In this document: positions 8,921-17,749 of the stretch, piece after piece | Position numbering within the stretch: the first letter of the stretch is position 1 | Layout: the number at the start of each line of letters is the position of its first letter | NCBI GenBank assembly: GCA_028718785.1 | Contig: JAQULB010000003.1 | Location: 8,788-72,787, forward strand | Length of the DNA: 64,000 nt | Direction of reading: 5' to 3' | Origin: Minisyncoccota bacterium | GTDB taxonomy: Bacteria > Patescibacteriota > Minisyncoccia > Minisyncoccales > CG1-02-41-26 | Notes under the pieces: model-generated | What the model saw: the letters and a program-made list of their open reading frames with translations, nothing else | What the model was told of the DNA's origin: nothing | Database searches by the model: none | Program-made: the position numbers and the translations under genes

Positions 8921-10636
8921 ATGGATATTTTGCTTGGTGAAAATGCTCTAAACGGTAAAGACGTATTCCTGAAGCAAAAAGGCAAACAGGTCCATACACA
9001 TATTATCGGGTCCTCAGGAGCGGGTAAAAGCAAATTCCTCGAGCATTTAATGCGTGAGGATATAAAAGCAGGCAGGGGCTTTTGTTTGGTGGACCCACAT
9101 GGTGATCTATATCAAAATATATTGAAGTATATAGTCAGACGGCGTATGGAAAAGAAAGTGATATTAATCGATCCCAATGATGAGGAATGGTCTGTCGGGC
9201 TTAATTATCTCGAATACAACAAAGATATTATGAGTTCTGCCTCACACGCCTCTTCGGTGATGGCAGGGATAGCAAAGGTATTCGGTGGAGAGGATACGGA
9301 CATAGCTCCCCGGTTGCAAAGATGGGAAAGAAATACACTCGTGCCTTTAATAGAAAGAGAGTTGACTCTTATTGAGATGACAGGCTTTGTTAATCCGCAA
9401 AGCCCTGAATTGAGAGCAGTAGTATTAAGGGAAGTCCAAAACGAAGCGATACTGCAAGAATGGGACATTTTTGATAAAGCCACTGCCAGAGACAGGACGA
9501 CCTATATTGAGGCAGTCTTAAATAGAGCTAATAAGTTTGCAGCAAGCCCGGTGATAAGGCGTATATTCGGGCAAGCAAAGTCGACTATTGATTTCAGGCA
9601 AGCTATGGATGAAGGCAAGATTATCCTCTGTAATTTAGCTTGCACTAAAATGTCAGACGAAGAGCAAAGGCTTCTGGGGATCGTAATTTTAGACAAGCTG
9701 GTGCAGGCGGGAAAATCAAGAACCAATATCCCTGAAGCAAAGAGAAAACCTTACTACGCCTATCTCGATGAGTTCGGCTTGTTCGTCTCAAAAGATATTG
9801 CTAAAGCCTTACAGGAGTTAAGAAAATTCAGAGTTTTCTTTATTCTTGCCCATCAGGAGCTAGAACAGCTAAAAGAAGATGATAAGAAGGTTTACAGCGC
9901 TGTCATGTCAGAACCACAGATCCGGGTTTCATTCAGGATAAGTCGGGAAGATGCCGAGATCATGGCAAAGGAAATGTTCACTGGCAAGATAAAACCTTAT
10001 GAGAAAAGACGCATAGAACAAACTAAGTTCAGGCCCGTTGAAACTACGAGAACCATTACGAGTAGCTCATATAGCTCTTCCGAAAGTGAAAGCTATGGCC
10101 AAAGCGATAGCTCAGGAGAAAGCGAAACTCGAGTGCCGCCAGACCTTAGTTTCTTTGATATCCCGCTTGGCGATGACAATGACATAATTTATATGGGAGC
10201 TTCATCGTCATCTGCTGTTTCTTCGAGCAGATCAAGCTCAAGTGGAAGCTCTTATGGCGAATCGGTAGTTCCTTTTTACGAGTTTCACGAGTTTAAAGAG
10301 GTTTCCAGCATTCAGGATTTCTCAATAGAAGAATTAATAGAAAAATTTATATCGTGGATAAAGACCCAGCCTGACAGGCATGCGCAGTTGAAGATAAAGC
10401 AAAATTCGCCAATCCCCATAATAACTCCATGGGTGGACGATTTGCCTGTGAGAGAAAAGGATATTAAAAAGCTTAAAGAAGCTATTTACTCAGTGTATGC
10501 TTTGCCTGCTCATGAAGCAGACCAGATGATAGACCAGAGGAAAACACTGATTTTAGATGAAGCAGAATCTATGGGTATGATTTCCTCGACAAAGGAGCAA
10601 CCCGTGCTTACTCCCGAAAGTATGCGGCATAAATAG
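8921..10636 (+). CDS. TraD/VirD4/DUF87-like P-loop ATPase (type IV coupling-protein-like), with a Ser/Glu-rich low-complexity C-terminal region
   Basis: Walker A HTHIIGSSGAGKSKFL followed by LVDPHGDLY, and a hhhhDE Walker B (AYLDEFGLF). ATG at 8921 with a CAGGAGGAG RBS. No N-terminal TM. Confidence 0.55.
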   Translation: MDILLGENALNGKDVFLKQKGKQVHTHIIGSSGAGKSKFLEHLMREDIKAGRGFCLVDPHGDLYQNILKYIVRRRMEKKVILIDPNDEEWSVGLNYLEYNKDIMSSASHASSVMAGIAKVFGGEDTDIAPRLQRWERNTLVPLIERELTLIEMTGFVNPQSPELRAVVLREVQNEAILQEWDIFDKATARDRTTYIEAVLNRANKFAASPVIRRIFGQAKSTIDFRQAMDEGKIILCNLACTKMSDEEQRLLGIVILDKLVQAGKSRTNIPEAKRKPYYAYLDEFGLFVSKDIAKALQELRKFRVFFILAHQELEQLKEDDKKVYSAVMSEPQIRVSFRISREDAEIMAKEMFTGKIKPYEKRRIEQTKFRPVETTRTITSSSYSSSESESYGQSDSSGESETRVPPDLSFFDIPLGDDNDIIYMGASSSSAVSSSRSSSSGSSYGESVVPFYEFHEFKEVSSIQDFSIEELIEKFISWIKTQPDRHAQLKIKQNSPIPIITPWVDDLPVREKDIKKLKEAIYSVYALPAHEADQMIDQRKTLILDEAESMGMISSTKEQPVLTPESMRHK

Positions 10637-10703
10637 AGCTATTAAAGGGCAGATGATACTCTGCCCCCTCAACCAAAAAAATTCTCACTTCCCTCTTCTC
10701 ACT

Positions 10704-10799
10704 TTATTAATTATAGCCAGCACCCTAATTAATCAAGGTCATTCCAGTTAATCAATCGCTCCAAAGGGTTCAACTCGTTCCACCTTGACAAATCAGGTG
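10704..10799. repeat. Intergenic cassette: ATTATAGCcAGCACCCTAATTAATCAAGGTC plus GTTCCACCTTGACAAATCAGGTG (copy 1 of a recurring motif)
   Basis: The same two modules recur at 12410-12450, 11206-11220 and 14843-14920. The second module contains the hexamer TTGACA. Confidence 0.6.
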
Positions 10800-10873
10800 A
10801 ACCCGCTGGCTCTTCTCGTTTCGATGAGAATTAAACATAAAGGTCGCCTCATCAGAAATAAAAATACAAAATT

Positions 10874-11074
10874 ATGAACTACTTAGATAAAACCGTAGCT
10901 GAAATGAGGGAACAGATCCTCGTTGCGCTTGGTTCTTACTTTGCTGAGGACGTCAAGCAGATCGATGCTGATGTCGTTGAAGATATTGATAAGATTTTGA
11001 TAGAAAATCTAAAAACTTCATTCAAGAATGGACTTGACGCGGCAAAGAAACCAAGAAAGAATTTCAGCAAGTAA
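10874..11074 (+). CDS. Small hypothetical protein (66 aa)
   Basis: ORF followed by a strong terminator. No motifs. Confidence 0.35.
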   Translation: MNYLDKTVAEMREQILVALGSYFAEDVKQIDADVVEDIDKILIENLKTSFKNGLDAAKKPRKNFSK

Positions 11075-11086
11075 AAGTGAGAAATA

Positions 11087-11118
11087 GAGGGAGTCCTTCG
11101 GGACTTCCTCTTTTTTTT
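11087..11118 (+). terminator. Rho-independent terminator
   Basis: gagggagtcc-ttcg-ggacttcctc hairpin followed by TTTTTTTT. Confidence 0.65.
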
Positions 11119-11321
11119 AGTTTCCCCAACCACCTTTGACTTTACAAGCCATTTCCTCCTTCCCCAAGCCCCAATGAGGAAACAATCGAGCGTTCCATTT
11201 TGGTCGTTCCACCTTGACTAAATAAAAACGCTGGTTTAATGAAGGTTAGTTCTTTTAGGGGCCCACTATGATCCATTATAACCAGCTTATATTATATTTC
11301 GTCAAGGTCGAGTAGCCATTA

Positions 11322-11339
11322 AGATTGACAAGTTGCTAT
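11322..11339 (+). promoter_or_regulatory. Candidate promoter with an extended -10 (TGcTATAAT), adjacent to a TTGACA
   Basis: gattgacaagttgcTATAATgg. The TTGACA-to-TATAAT spacing is only 6 nt, so the TGn extended -10 is the likelier functional element. About 100 bp upstream of the 11445 ORF. Confidence 0.3.
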
Positions 11340-11444
11340 AATGGTGGTATGCAGGATTTAGGACAATAACAATCAGGCGGATGTCGTGAAAGCAAAATTT
11401 CATTTATCTGCCTATTTTTTTGCTATTTTACAATCTAATCAGGA

Positions 11445-11744
11445 TTGGAAGGGTGTGTGATTATGCTACAGGCAGAAACTTGTGATTCAATAGTGGCTGT
11501 GTTAAGAGTTCAGGAGTTAGCTGAGAAAGCGGCGGATCAAAGAGTGCAGGAGTGGCAGGAGCAAATAAAGGAAGGAAATCACTTTAAGCGAATAACACCA
11601 GATGGCTTGGAAATATTCGGTGAAGTGCTTGGCCCTGGGTTGAGCAGGAACTGGAGAAGGTGCCGATGCTATTCCATGTCTTGTCCGGAAGGCGAAACAG
11701 GCTCCGTTCACGTATCGCAGATGGACATCCTAATAGACAAATGA
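11445..11744 (+). CDS. Small hypothetical protein (99 aa)
   Basis: ORF only. Followed by a hairpin plus T-run at 11861-11895. Confidence 0.3.
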   Translation: MEGCVIMLQAETCDSIVAVLRVQELAEKAADQRVQEWQEQIKEGNHFKRITPDGLEIFGEVLGPGLSRNWRRCRCYSMSCPEGETGSVHVSQMDILIDK

Positions 11745-11860
11745 ACTTTTGAATCAGTAAAGAATAAGCTAGAAAAAGCGTATAAGCTTGCTATCCAGAG
11801 AATAAGGAATCAAGAGTTTTCCTTTGTTTAGTTTCGGCACTTATTCGTGCTAAAGGTATA

Positions 11861-11895
11861 AGCGTCAGTATATAAAACTGACGCTTTTCGTTTAT
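11861..11895 (+). terminator. Rho-independent terminator
   Basis: agcgtcagt-atataaa-actgacgct followed by tttcgttt. Confidence 0.45.
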
Positions 11896-11917
11896 AGTTT
11901 TATCCACCAGGCGATGC

Positions 11918-12382
11918 GTGGGGCGTTCCACCTATGACAATTCAGGGCAGCCCGCTTGCTTTTCACGAGTTGACGAGAATTATATAAAAGTCGACTCGTC
12001 AGAAATAAAAGCGAGAAATATGAAATCTATGGGTCAATATTTCAAGGCTGTCAATCTCACCAAGAACGAATACGTCTGTCCGTGGGAGATCGGCGGGGTA
12101 GCGAAGCTGTGGGAGTGGTGTGTCAATTCTCAAGCTGGCATATTCCCGTTTCTGTTGCGAAAGAGCGATGATTACGGCGGCGGTGACATTCAGAAAGAGT
12201 ATGAGACAGCCGGCAGATGGGCGGGCGATAGGATCGTTCTGATCGGAGATTACGATTCCAGCAATCTCTGGAATAAATTAGAACACGGCGGCTGGACTGA
12301 TATCAGTGAACAGTTGGTAAAGGATTATAACGATTTCATTGGAGATGATCGAGATAAGCTGGAATATAAGAAGGAGGGCTAA
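11918..12382 (+). CDS. Hypothetical protein (154 aa)
   Basis: ORF preceded by the recurring operator-like motif and followed by a terminator. A possible internal start is MKSMGQYF. No recognisable motifs. Confidence 0.4.
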   Translation: MGRSTYDNSGQPACFSRVDENYIKVDSSEIKARNMKSMGQYFKAVNLTKNEYVCPWEIGGVAKLWEWCVNSQAGIFPFLLRKSDDYGGGDIQKEYETAGRWAGDRIVLIGDYDSSNLWNKLEHGGWTDISEQLVKDYNDFIGDDRDKLEYKKEG

Positions 12383-12401
12383 CAACCCTCCTCTTTTTTT
12401 T
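12373..12401 (+). terminator. Rho-independent terminator
   Basis: ggagggct-aaca-accctcc followed by TCTTTTTTTT. Confidence 0.65.
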
Positions 12402-12409
12402 CTCGTTTT

Positions 12410-12450
12410 CTTAATTATAGCAAGCACCCTAAATTGTCAAGGTCGGGCTC
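12410..12450. repeat. Copy of the intergenic cassette CTTAATTATAGCAAGCACCCTAAATTGTCAAGGTCGGGCTC
   Basis: Near-identical to 10704-10740 and 14886-14920. Confidence 0.6.
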
Positions 12451-12641
12451 AATAATACAGATTTGACGGTTTTGTTCCCGCTGTTTTTACAAATAAAAAC
12501 CGCCAGAACCATGCTTTATTAGATCTGGCGGATTATCTCTATGATAATCCATAACGTTTTTTAGTCAAGAGTACCCCCACAATTTTCTATATTCAGTCGT
12601 AGCGTCCAGCAGGAAAAGCCATTCTCGCTTCGCTCAATGAT

Positions 12642-13766
12642 ATGAATAAAATAAAATGTTATCAATGTGGCAAACTTTATCCAGAGGACAAGCTAACGTT
12701 CTTTGATACAGGGATGTGGTGCGGGGAATGCCTTGATGAATACACAACGCTCTGTGATGATTGTGGCGAGAGGATTTACACCGATGACGCTCATTATACT
12801 ACTGATGATTACCCTGTATGCGACAGGTGCTATGACGAACATTATTTTTACTGCGACAGGTGTGAGAGGATTTACAGCAACGAATACTGGACTAATGGCG
12901 TGTGCGAGCGGTGCAGTGAGGATGAGGGAGCGCCAGAGGCGATACCAAACGACAGACGCTACTACTTCAAAAGCCGAAAGGACTTGCCAATAGGTGTAGA
13001 AATAGAGGCGGAGGGCGGGGATTATATGGATGTCTACGATGAGCTAACGCCAAAAGGGTTCGGGGTTTCAAAAGACGGGAGCTTACAGGACGGCATAGAG
13101 GTTCAGGTCCCTGCTTCCAATGGTGGCAATACCGAAAAGCTGATAAAACAGGCATGTGAAAGCTTAAAGAGAAATGGCTTTGGGATTTCAAGCCGATGCG
13201 GTTTGCATGTCCACATAGAGTTTCCGAGCCGAAAGAAAACGATCAAGCGATTATTGCTGATGGTCTATGCCTGTGAGCCGATACTTTTCGCAGTTAATCC
13301 CAAAAGCAGAAAGAATAACAATTTTTGTAAATCGCTTGCCCCTGCCTTCAAGGTCGGTGAAATTCTGTCCACCGAGACAGCCAGAATAGACAAGCTCTTT
13401 TACTCCAAAGGCAATGGACGAACCACGCAAAACGCCATTAAGCTCTACAAGATGAGCAAGTGGAACGAATGCCGATACTTTGGCTTTAACCTGCATTCGC
13501 TTTTTTTCAGGAATACGATCGAGTTTAGATACCACGCTGGAACGATCGAGCCACAAAAGATAATCTCCTGGGTATGGCTTTTAAGGTCAATTCTGCTGTA
13601 TGTGCGCTATGGCTATGACAAGCCCGAAGTCCTTGGGCTTATCGAACAGCCAACGATCCTTGGCAAGTTCAGGTATTTGAGCAATATGCTCAAACTCAAC
13701 GAAGGGCATATTTCTTACTTCCTTAATCGGTATATGAGATTTAATAAAAAACTATGTGTGGCATAA
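12642..13766 (+). CDS. Multi-zinc-ribbon N-terminal region fused to a putative amidoligase (GCS2/glutamine-synthetase-like, Amidoligase_2-like) domain
   Basis: At least six CxxC pairs in the first 95 aa. The C-terminal region carries GVEIEAEGG, CGLHVHIEF and TIEFRYHAGT, typical of carboxylate-amine ligases of the GCS2/amidoligase class. Confidence 0.5.
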   Translation: MNKIKCYQCGKLYPEDKLTFFDTGMWCGECLDEYTTLCDDCGERIYTDDAHYTTDDYPVCDRCYDEHYFYCDRCERIYSNEYWTNGVCERCSEDEGAPEAIPNDRRYYFKSRKDLPIGVEIEAEGGDYMDVYDELTPKGFGVSKDGSLQDGIEVQVPASNGGNTEKLIKQACESLKRNGFGISSRCGLHVHIEFPSRKKTIKRLLLMVYACEPILFAVNPKSRKNNNFCKSLAPAFKVGEILSTETARIDKLFYSKGNGRTTQNAIKLYKMSKWNECRYFGFNLHSLFFRNTIEFRYHAGTIEPQKIISWVWLLRSILLYVRYGYDKPEVLGLIEQPTILGKFRYLSNMLKLNEGHISYFLNRYMRFNKKLCVA

Positions 13767-14632
13767 TATACGCAAAAAATCTGGCTGGAAACGAGCCAGT
13801 CAATAACTTGATCAAGGTGCTTTACCAGAACCAGAAAGGCAGGGGGCAACAGGGCTTTGGCTTCGTGGGTATGAGCGCAAAGAGTGTATGCACTTATCGG
13901 GCCATTAACGAGAAATGGATAATGAGATACCTAAACGAAAACCAGTATGACGAGATACTTTTTCATCACCGAAACCCTACCTCAACACCGAACACGCTGA
14001 AAAGCACGCACCCGTTCGTAATACGATTAAACGGCAAGAGCTACTATTTCGTCCACAATGGGATAATTCAGAATGACGAGGAGTTGCAGAAGGATCACTA
14101 CCAGAGGAATATCACCTACCAGAGCCACGAGGAATTTCTTTTTAACGATAGCGAGGCGTTAGCGTGGGATTTCTGTCTGTGGCTCAATGGTGAGCAGGAT
14201 AAGATGAGAGCGAGGGGCGCTGTCGCCTTCGTATGCCTTGAAACCGATGAGAATAACAGGGCTGTTAAGCTGTATTTCTACCGAAACAACGAGGCGCCTT
14301 TAAGGATATACAGGGATAAAACCTTGCTTGTAATATCGTCAGAGGGGAGCTACCCGCTTGTAAGGGAAAACTGCCTGTATTGCTGGGATTATCCGAGCGG
14401 GGAGGTCTTGAAAATGAATGATCTCCAAATCGCTTGCCCGAATGTTTATGATGTCAGTATGGGCGATGATGTGCGTAATTACGAGATTATGTTGCGTGAT
14501 GAGTTGAGGGCATTAGAGCAGGAGAAAGATTACCTCATAAGTGTGGGAAATTATGAAGAAGCGGATTATATTGATGACGAGATAATGGATTTAGCGGATC
14601 AACTAAAAGGTCGAACTTTGACACAATTTTAG
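13754..14632 (+). CDS. Class II (Ntn) glutamine amidotransferase-like protein
   Basis: Begins MCGIIYAK (Cys2 nucleophile, as in GlmS, PurF and AsnB). Overlaps the stop of the amidoligase gene, which suggests translational coupling. Confidence 0.6.
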   Translation: MCGIIYAKNLAGNEPVNNLIKVLYQNQKGRGQQGFGFVGMSAKSVCTYRAINEKWIMRYLNENQYDEILFHHRNPTSTPNTLKSTHPFVIRLNGKSYYFVHNGIIQNDEELQKDHYQRNITYQSHEEFLFNDSEALAWDFCLWLNGEQDKMRARGAVAFVCLETDENNRAVKLYFYRNNEAPLRIYRDKTLLVISSEGSYPLVRENCLYCWDYPSGEVLKMNDLQIACPNVYDVSMGDDVRNYEIMLRDELRALEQEKDYLISVGNYEEADYIDDEIMDLADQLKGRTLTQF

Positions 14633-14651
14633 TGTTTGTGTAAGATATATT

Positions 14652-14682
14652 AAGACGCTTTCATGCTTGTGCGTCTTATTAT
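14652..14682 (+). terminator. Putative terminator
   Basis: aagacgc-tttcatgcttgt-gcgtctt hairpin followed by a U-rich tail. Confidence 0.4.
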
Positions 14683-14842
14683 CAGTCGGAGGACAAGCAT
14701 GCCTGCGACTTTTTAATTTAACTTTGGTCAAGCTTTAAGAAAGCTTGGTCGCTCAATGGCTTTTCCTGCTGGACGCTCACGACTTTTTATAAATTGCCAA
14801 AAATAATGTGGGATAAGCATTATATTCCACCAAACGATTGCG

Positions 14843-14920
14843 TGTTACGTTCCACCTTGACAAATCAGGTTTGCCTGCCTTTCTCATTGTAGCAAGCGCC
14901 CTGATTTGTCAAGGTCGGAG
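14843..14920. repeat. Perfect 15-bp inverted repeat CCTTGACAAATCAGG / CCTGATTTGTCAAGG separated by 30 bp (copy of the recurring operator-like motif)
   Basis: 14855-14869 and 14900-14914 are exact reverse complements. The flanks match the motif copies at 10704-10799 and 12410-12450. Confidence 0.65.
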
Positions 14921-14937
14921 AATAAAGCCACGTATCA

Positions 14938-15558
14938 TCACTTTTTCCATAACGCTGACGTTAGAGTAGCTGTGTTGCTCAACGCTACGTACTTCACTGC
15001 CTTATCGTAGGGAGGAGAAAAGAAACCGGAGCATTCCTGCTTATTGTTGCACTCAAATACCGTCTGGCTTTTTTCAGCACTCCAGACCTGAGTATTTAAG
15101 ACCGCTACGGCTTTCTTGTCCACACGATAAAGGCTTACGAGCCGGCTGATTACGAAGTACCTGACGCCGAGAGCTTCGGCAAGTTTCCCGGCGACGACCG
15201 TGTTGAGGATCCCTGTTTTTTGATAATCTTCCGTCAGTTTGGAGTAGTCAGGAACGAGGTTCTCATTATTGAGGATAACGCTGACGTCCGCTGGCGACAG
15301 TATTTTGATGACTGGCTGTCGCTCCTTGATACGGGCAGTCATCTCTTCGCCAGCATCACGGCAATAGGACTCGATGCCGCCAGCGATTATTACGCTCTGT
15401 CCCAGGATGACTGGAAAGACAGCGATACCTCCCGCTGTGACTTTTTCTCCTGTTAGCCATGGGTCAGCGAAGAACCTGGGGGAGAAAAATGAGCATCCGC
15501 TGATAAAAGTTAATAGAGCAACCATAAAGAGTGTTGAAAAGACACATTTTTTGACCAT
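14938..15558 (-). CDS. Lipoprotein (signal peptide plus lipobox ISGCS)
   Basis: Start reassigned to the ATG at 15558 (MVKKCVFSTLFMVALLTFISGCS), which has an AGGGAG RBS. The track ORF starts at 15645. Confidence 0.55.
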   Translation of the reverse strand: MVKKCVFSTLFMVALLTFISGCSFFSPRFFADPWLTGEKVTAGGIAVFPVILGQSVIIAGGIESYCRDAGEEMTARIKERQPVIKILSPADVSVILNNENLVPDYSKLTEDYQKTGILNTVVAGKLAEALGVRYFVISRLVSLYRVDKKAVAVLNTQVWSAEKSQTVFECNNKQECSGFFSPPYDKAVKYVALSNTATLTSALWKK

Positions 15559-15586
15559 GACGATTCTCCCTTTTATTAATACCTGA

Positions 15587-16120
15587 TTAAAAGTCTTCTT
15601 TGTCGCTGCTGCTGACCCTGTATGAGTGACCGTTATCATCCTCAATGGAAATGGTCGCTTTGAGGGTGTGCCACCGGGTGAAAAAGTCCGTGCTGAACTT
15701 CGTTCCGCTTAAAGCGCTTCCGTTCCACGAATCGTATAAAAACTCGATGTATATAGTAGCTTCCTCAAGCGGAGCGATTTCCGATGGCATTTTCACTTTT
15801 TCAAAGTACGAGCGAACATTGCCTGCGTCTATCGTAAGGTCGTCGTCTATCTGGAATTTCCAGTCTGACGTGACGCTTGCCCGGACGTTGCTTTTGTTTT
15901 TCAGGACGCACCCGATCCAGACGCCATATTGAACCAGCACTTCTGACCCGTATGCCTGTCTTTCTTTGTAATGCCCTCCGATCAAACCTGTGATTACAAC
16001 GTCACTCCTCTCCCCCTTTTTATCGAGGAAATCGCATCCAGAGGCTATCAGAGCCAGAGCTATAACACAAAAGGCTAAAAGCCACTTTAATTTGCCTAAC
16101 TTCTTAATTTCCTTCATTTT
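15587..16120 (-). CDS. Lipoprotein (lipobox IASGCD)
   Basis: Start reassigned to the ATG at 16120 (MKMKEIKKLGKLKWLLAFCVIALALIASGC), which has an AGGGAGAG RBS. Confidence 0.55.
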   Translation of the reverse strand, partial: KMKEIKKLGKLKWLLAFCVIALALIASGCDFLDKKGERSDVVITGLIGGHYKERQAYGSEVLVQYGVWIGCVLKNKSNVRASVTSDWKFQIDDDLTIDAGNVRSYFEKVKMPSEIAPLEEATIYIEFLYDSWNGSALSGTKFSTDFFTRWHTLKATISIEDDNGHSYRVSSSDKEDF

Positions 16121-16185
16121 CATATCTCTCCCTGTAAAAAATACTGCCCGCATTTTCGTATTCTCATCAAAATCGTGTTTGAGAG

Positions 16186-17016
16186 TCACCTGCTTTTTAT
16201 ATCACCCCACGTGACACTCAGTTTTCCTTTTCGCTGGACTGACTGCTCAAAGGGCAAAATCCGATACTCAAACAGATCATTCGCCTTCTGATCTCCCGTT
16301 ACTATCCTGACAGCGCCGATCTGAGGAACCAAAAAAATGATGAATAGCTCTTTGAGGTCTTGATCATCGCCAAACGGTCCTCCTATACTCCACGAGTATG
16401 AATAACGGAGTTCGTAAGCCTGGAACACCTCCGGTCCGTCTTTCGTCATTATCGTCACCGGCGTTAGAGGGCCAAGACTGCCATCTATTTCACGGATTTC
16501 TAATATGTCCTCTAATCCCAGACCCTCGAGGTCCACTATCGTCCTGGTCCGCATAACCGTCCACGTGCCGTTCGGTCCGGCGTTACCATCCAGTAGGACC
16601 CACTCTTTGTACAGAGAAGACACCAGTATCTGTCCTTCGCCTATCAGACCGAGACATGATTCGATCATAACATCAACGATAGAATTCTTTAGCTTCTCGT
16701 TCATGCCCTCCCCGTAGCTCACGATATGGTTCTTCCCATCTTCCCTGAAAGTCAGGAAAGGATCGATGATGGTGTCGTCTCCGCCGCCTGCCAGCGTGGA
16801 GGTTTCCTTTACGACCCTGTATCTTATGCCATCGAGGACCACTGTATCTTCGGCAGTATCCTCTATTGTAGAGCCAGCGGGGGTCGTGTATACCCACGAA
16901 GACCCGGTTCCGCCGGGATACCATAGCTCAGCGGCGGAAAGGGCGTGAGTTGAATTGACTATGCACAATTGCCCGATGAGAGCGTATGCGACCAATATGA
17001 CCACGTAATTCTTCAT
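16186..17016 (-). CDS. Secreted protein with an N-terminal signal peptide, unknown function
   Basis: MKNYVVILVAYALIGQLCIVNSTHA signal-like N-terminus. Confidence 0.5.
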   Translation of the reverse strand: MKNYVVILVAYALIGQLCIVNSTHALSAAELWYPGGTGSSWVYTTPAGSTIEDTAEDTVVLDGIRYRVVKETSTLAGGGDDTIIDPFLTFREDGKNHIVSYGEGMNEKLKNSIVDVMIESCLGLIGEGQILVSSLYKEWVLLDGNAGPNGTWTVMRTRTIVDLEGLGLEDILEIREIDGSLGPLTPVTIMTKDGPEVFQAYELRYSYSWSIGGPFGDDQDLKELFIIFLVPQIGAVRIVTGDQKANDLFEYRILPFEQSVQRKGKLSVTWGDIKSR

Positions 17017-17060
17017 TGTCTAACTATCCTCCTGATGTAATGAGTTGAATCCACGAGAAG

Positions 17061-17744
17061 CTACACTTCCGCTATCCTGGCGCTTTGCTCTATCCGCCTG
17101 AATGTCTCTTCCCGTCTGCTGTTGGTTATCTGTGCGTAGATCATGGTGTTCTGGATATTGGTGTGACCGAGGTGGTCCTTGACGAACTCTATGCCCTCCC
17201 CGGCATCCAGCAGATGAGTGGCTATGGAGTGCCTGAGACAGTGGACGGAGTATTTGGGGGCGATCCCTGCTTTCTGTGCGTATCGCTTGAAAAGCTGATG
17301 CGCTCTCTGCCTGCTGATATTGCCCTGTCTGCCTGTGAATAGGGCATCACCGGTGTCCAGTCTCTTTTTGAGATACTTCCTGATGAGCTTTTCGGCGGTC
17401 AAAAAAAGCGGTCGTTCTCCACCGATCCCGCCTTTCAGCCTATGGATGAGTATCCTTTTGTTTTCAAGGTCGACGTGGGAGAGTTTGAGCGAAAGAGCTT
17501 CTGATATTCTGAGTCCGTAAAGATAGGTGAGTCCGAATAACGCCTTGTCTCTGTTGCTTTTAATGCACAAAAAAAGCCTCTCGACTTCTTCTTTTGAGAG
17601 GTATTTTATGGCTGACGGAGTGCAGTTGTATATTTTAATCAAAATGTCTAACTCACAACATAGCAAATTTATCCTCCTTTCCCTTGTGTAAAGCCATTTC
17701 ACAGCATTTCTCATCCGCATAACTTTGACAACAAAATACGTCAT
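17061..17744 (-). CDS. Tyrosine recombinase / phage-integrase-family protein (catalytic domain only)
   Basis: GLRISEALSLKLSHVDL...HCLRHSIATHLLDAGEGIEFVKDHLGHTNIQNTMIYAQI supplies the R, HxxR and Y catalytic residues. Only about 227 aa, with no obvious N-terminal core-binding domain. Confidence 0.75.
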   Translation of the reverse strand: MTYFVVKVMRMRNAVKWLYTRERRINLLCCELDILIKIYNCTPSAIKYLSKEEVERLFLCIKSNRDKALFGLTYLYGLRISEALSLKLSHVDLENKRILIHRLKGGIGGERPLFLTAEKLIRKYLKKRLDTGDALFTGRQGNISRQRAHQLFKRYAQKAGIAPKYSVHCLRHSIATHLLDAGEGIEFVKDHLGHTNIQNTMIYAQITNSRREETFRRIEQSARIAEV

Positions 17745-17749
17745 TTTTC

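Noticed and set aside
12703-13556. Alternative-frame and antisense ORFs (12703-12993, 12967-13191, 13251-13556) within the amidoligase gene
   Set aside because: They overlap a longer ORF that has Cys-ribbon and ligase motifs; their translations are Arg/Pro-rich and typical of a GC-rich frame shadow.
15220-16214. Plus-strand ORFs 15220-15456, 15374-15586, 15645-15932, 15990-16214 opposite the lipoprotein genes
   Set aside because: The minus-strand genes have signal peptides, lipoboxes and strong RBSs. The plus-strand ORFs lack RBSs and are antisense shadows.
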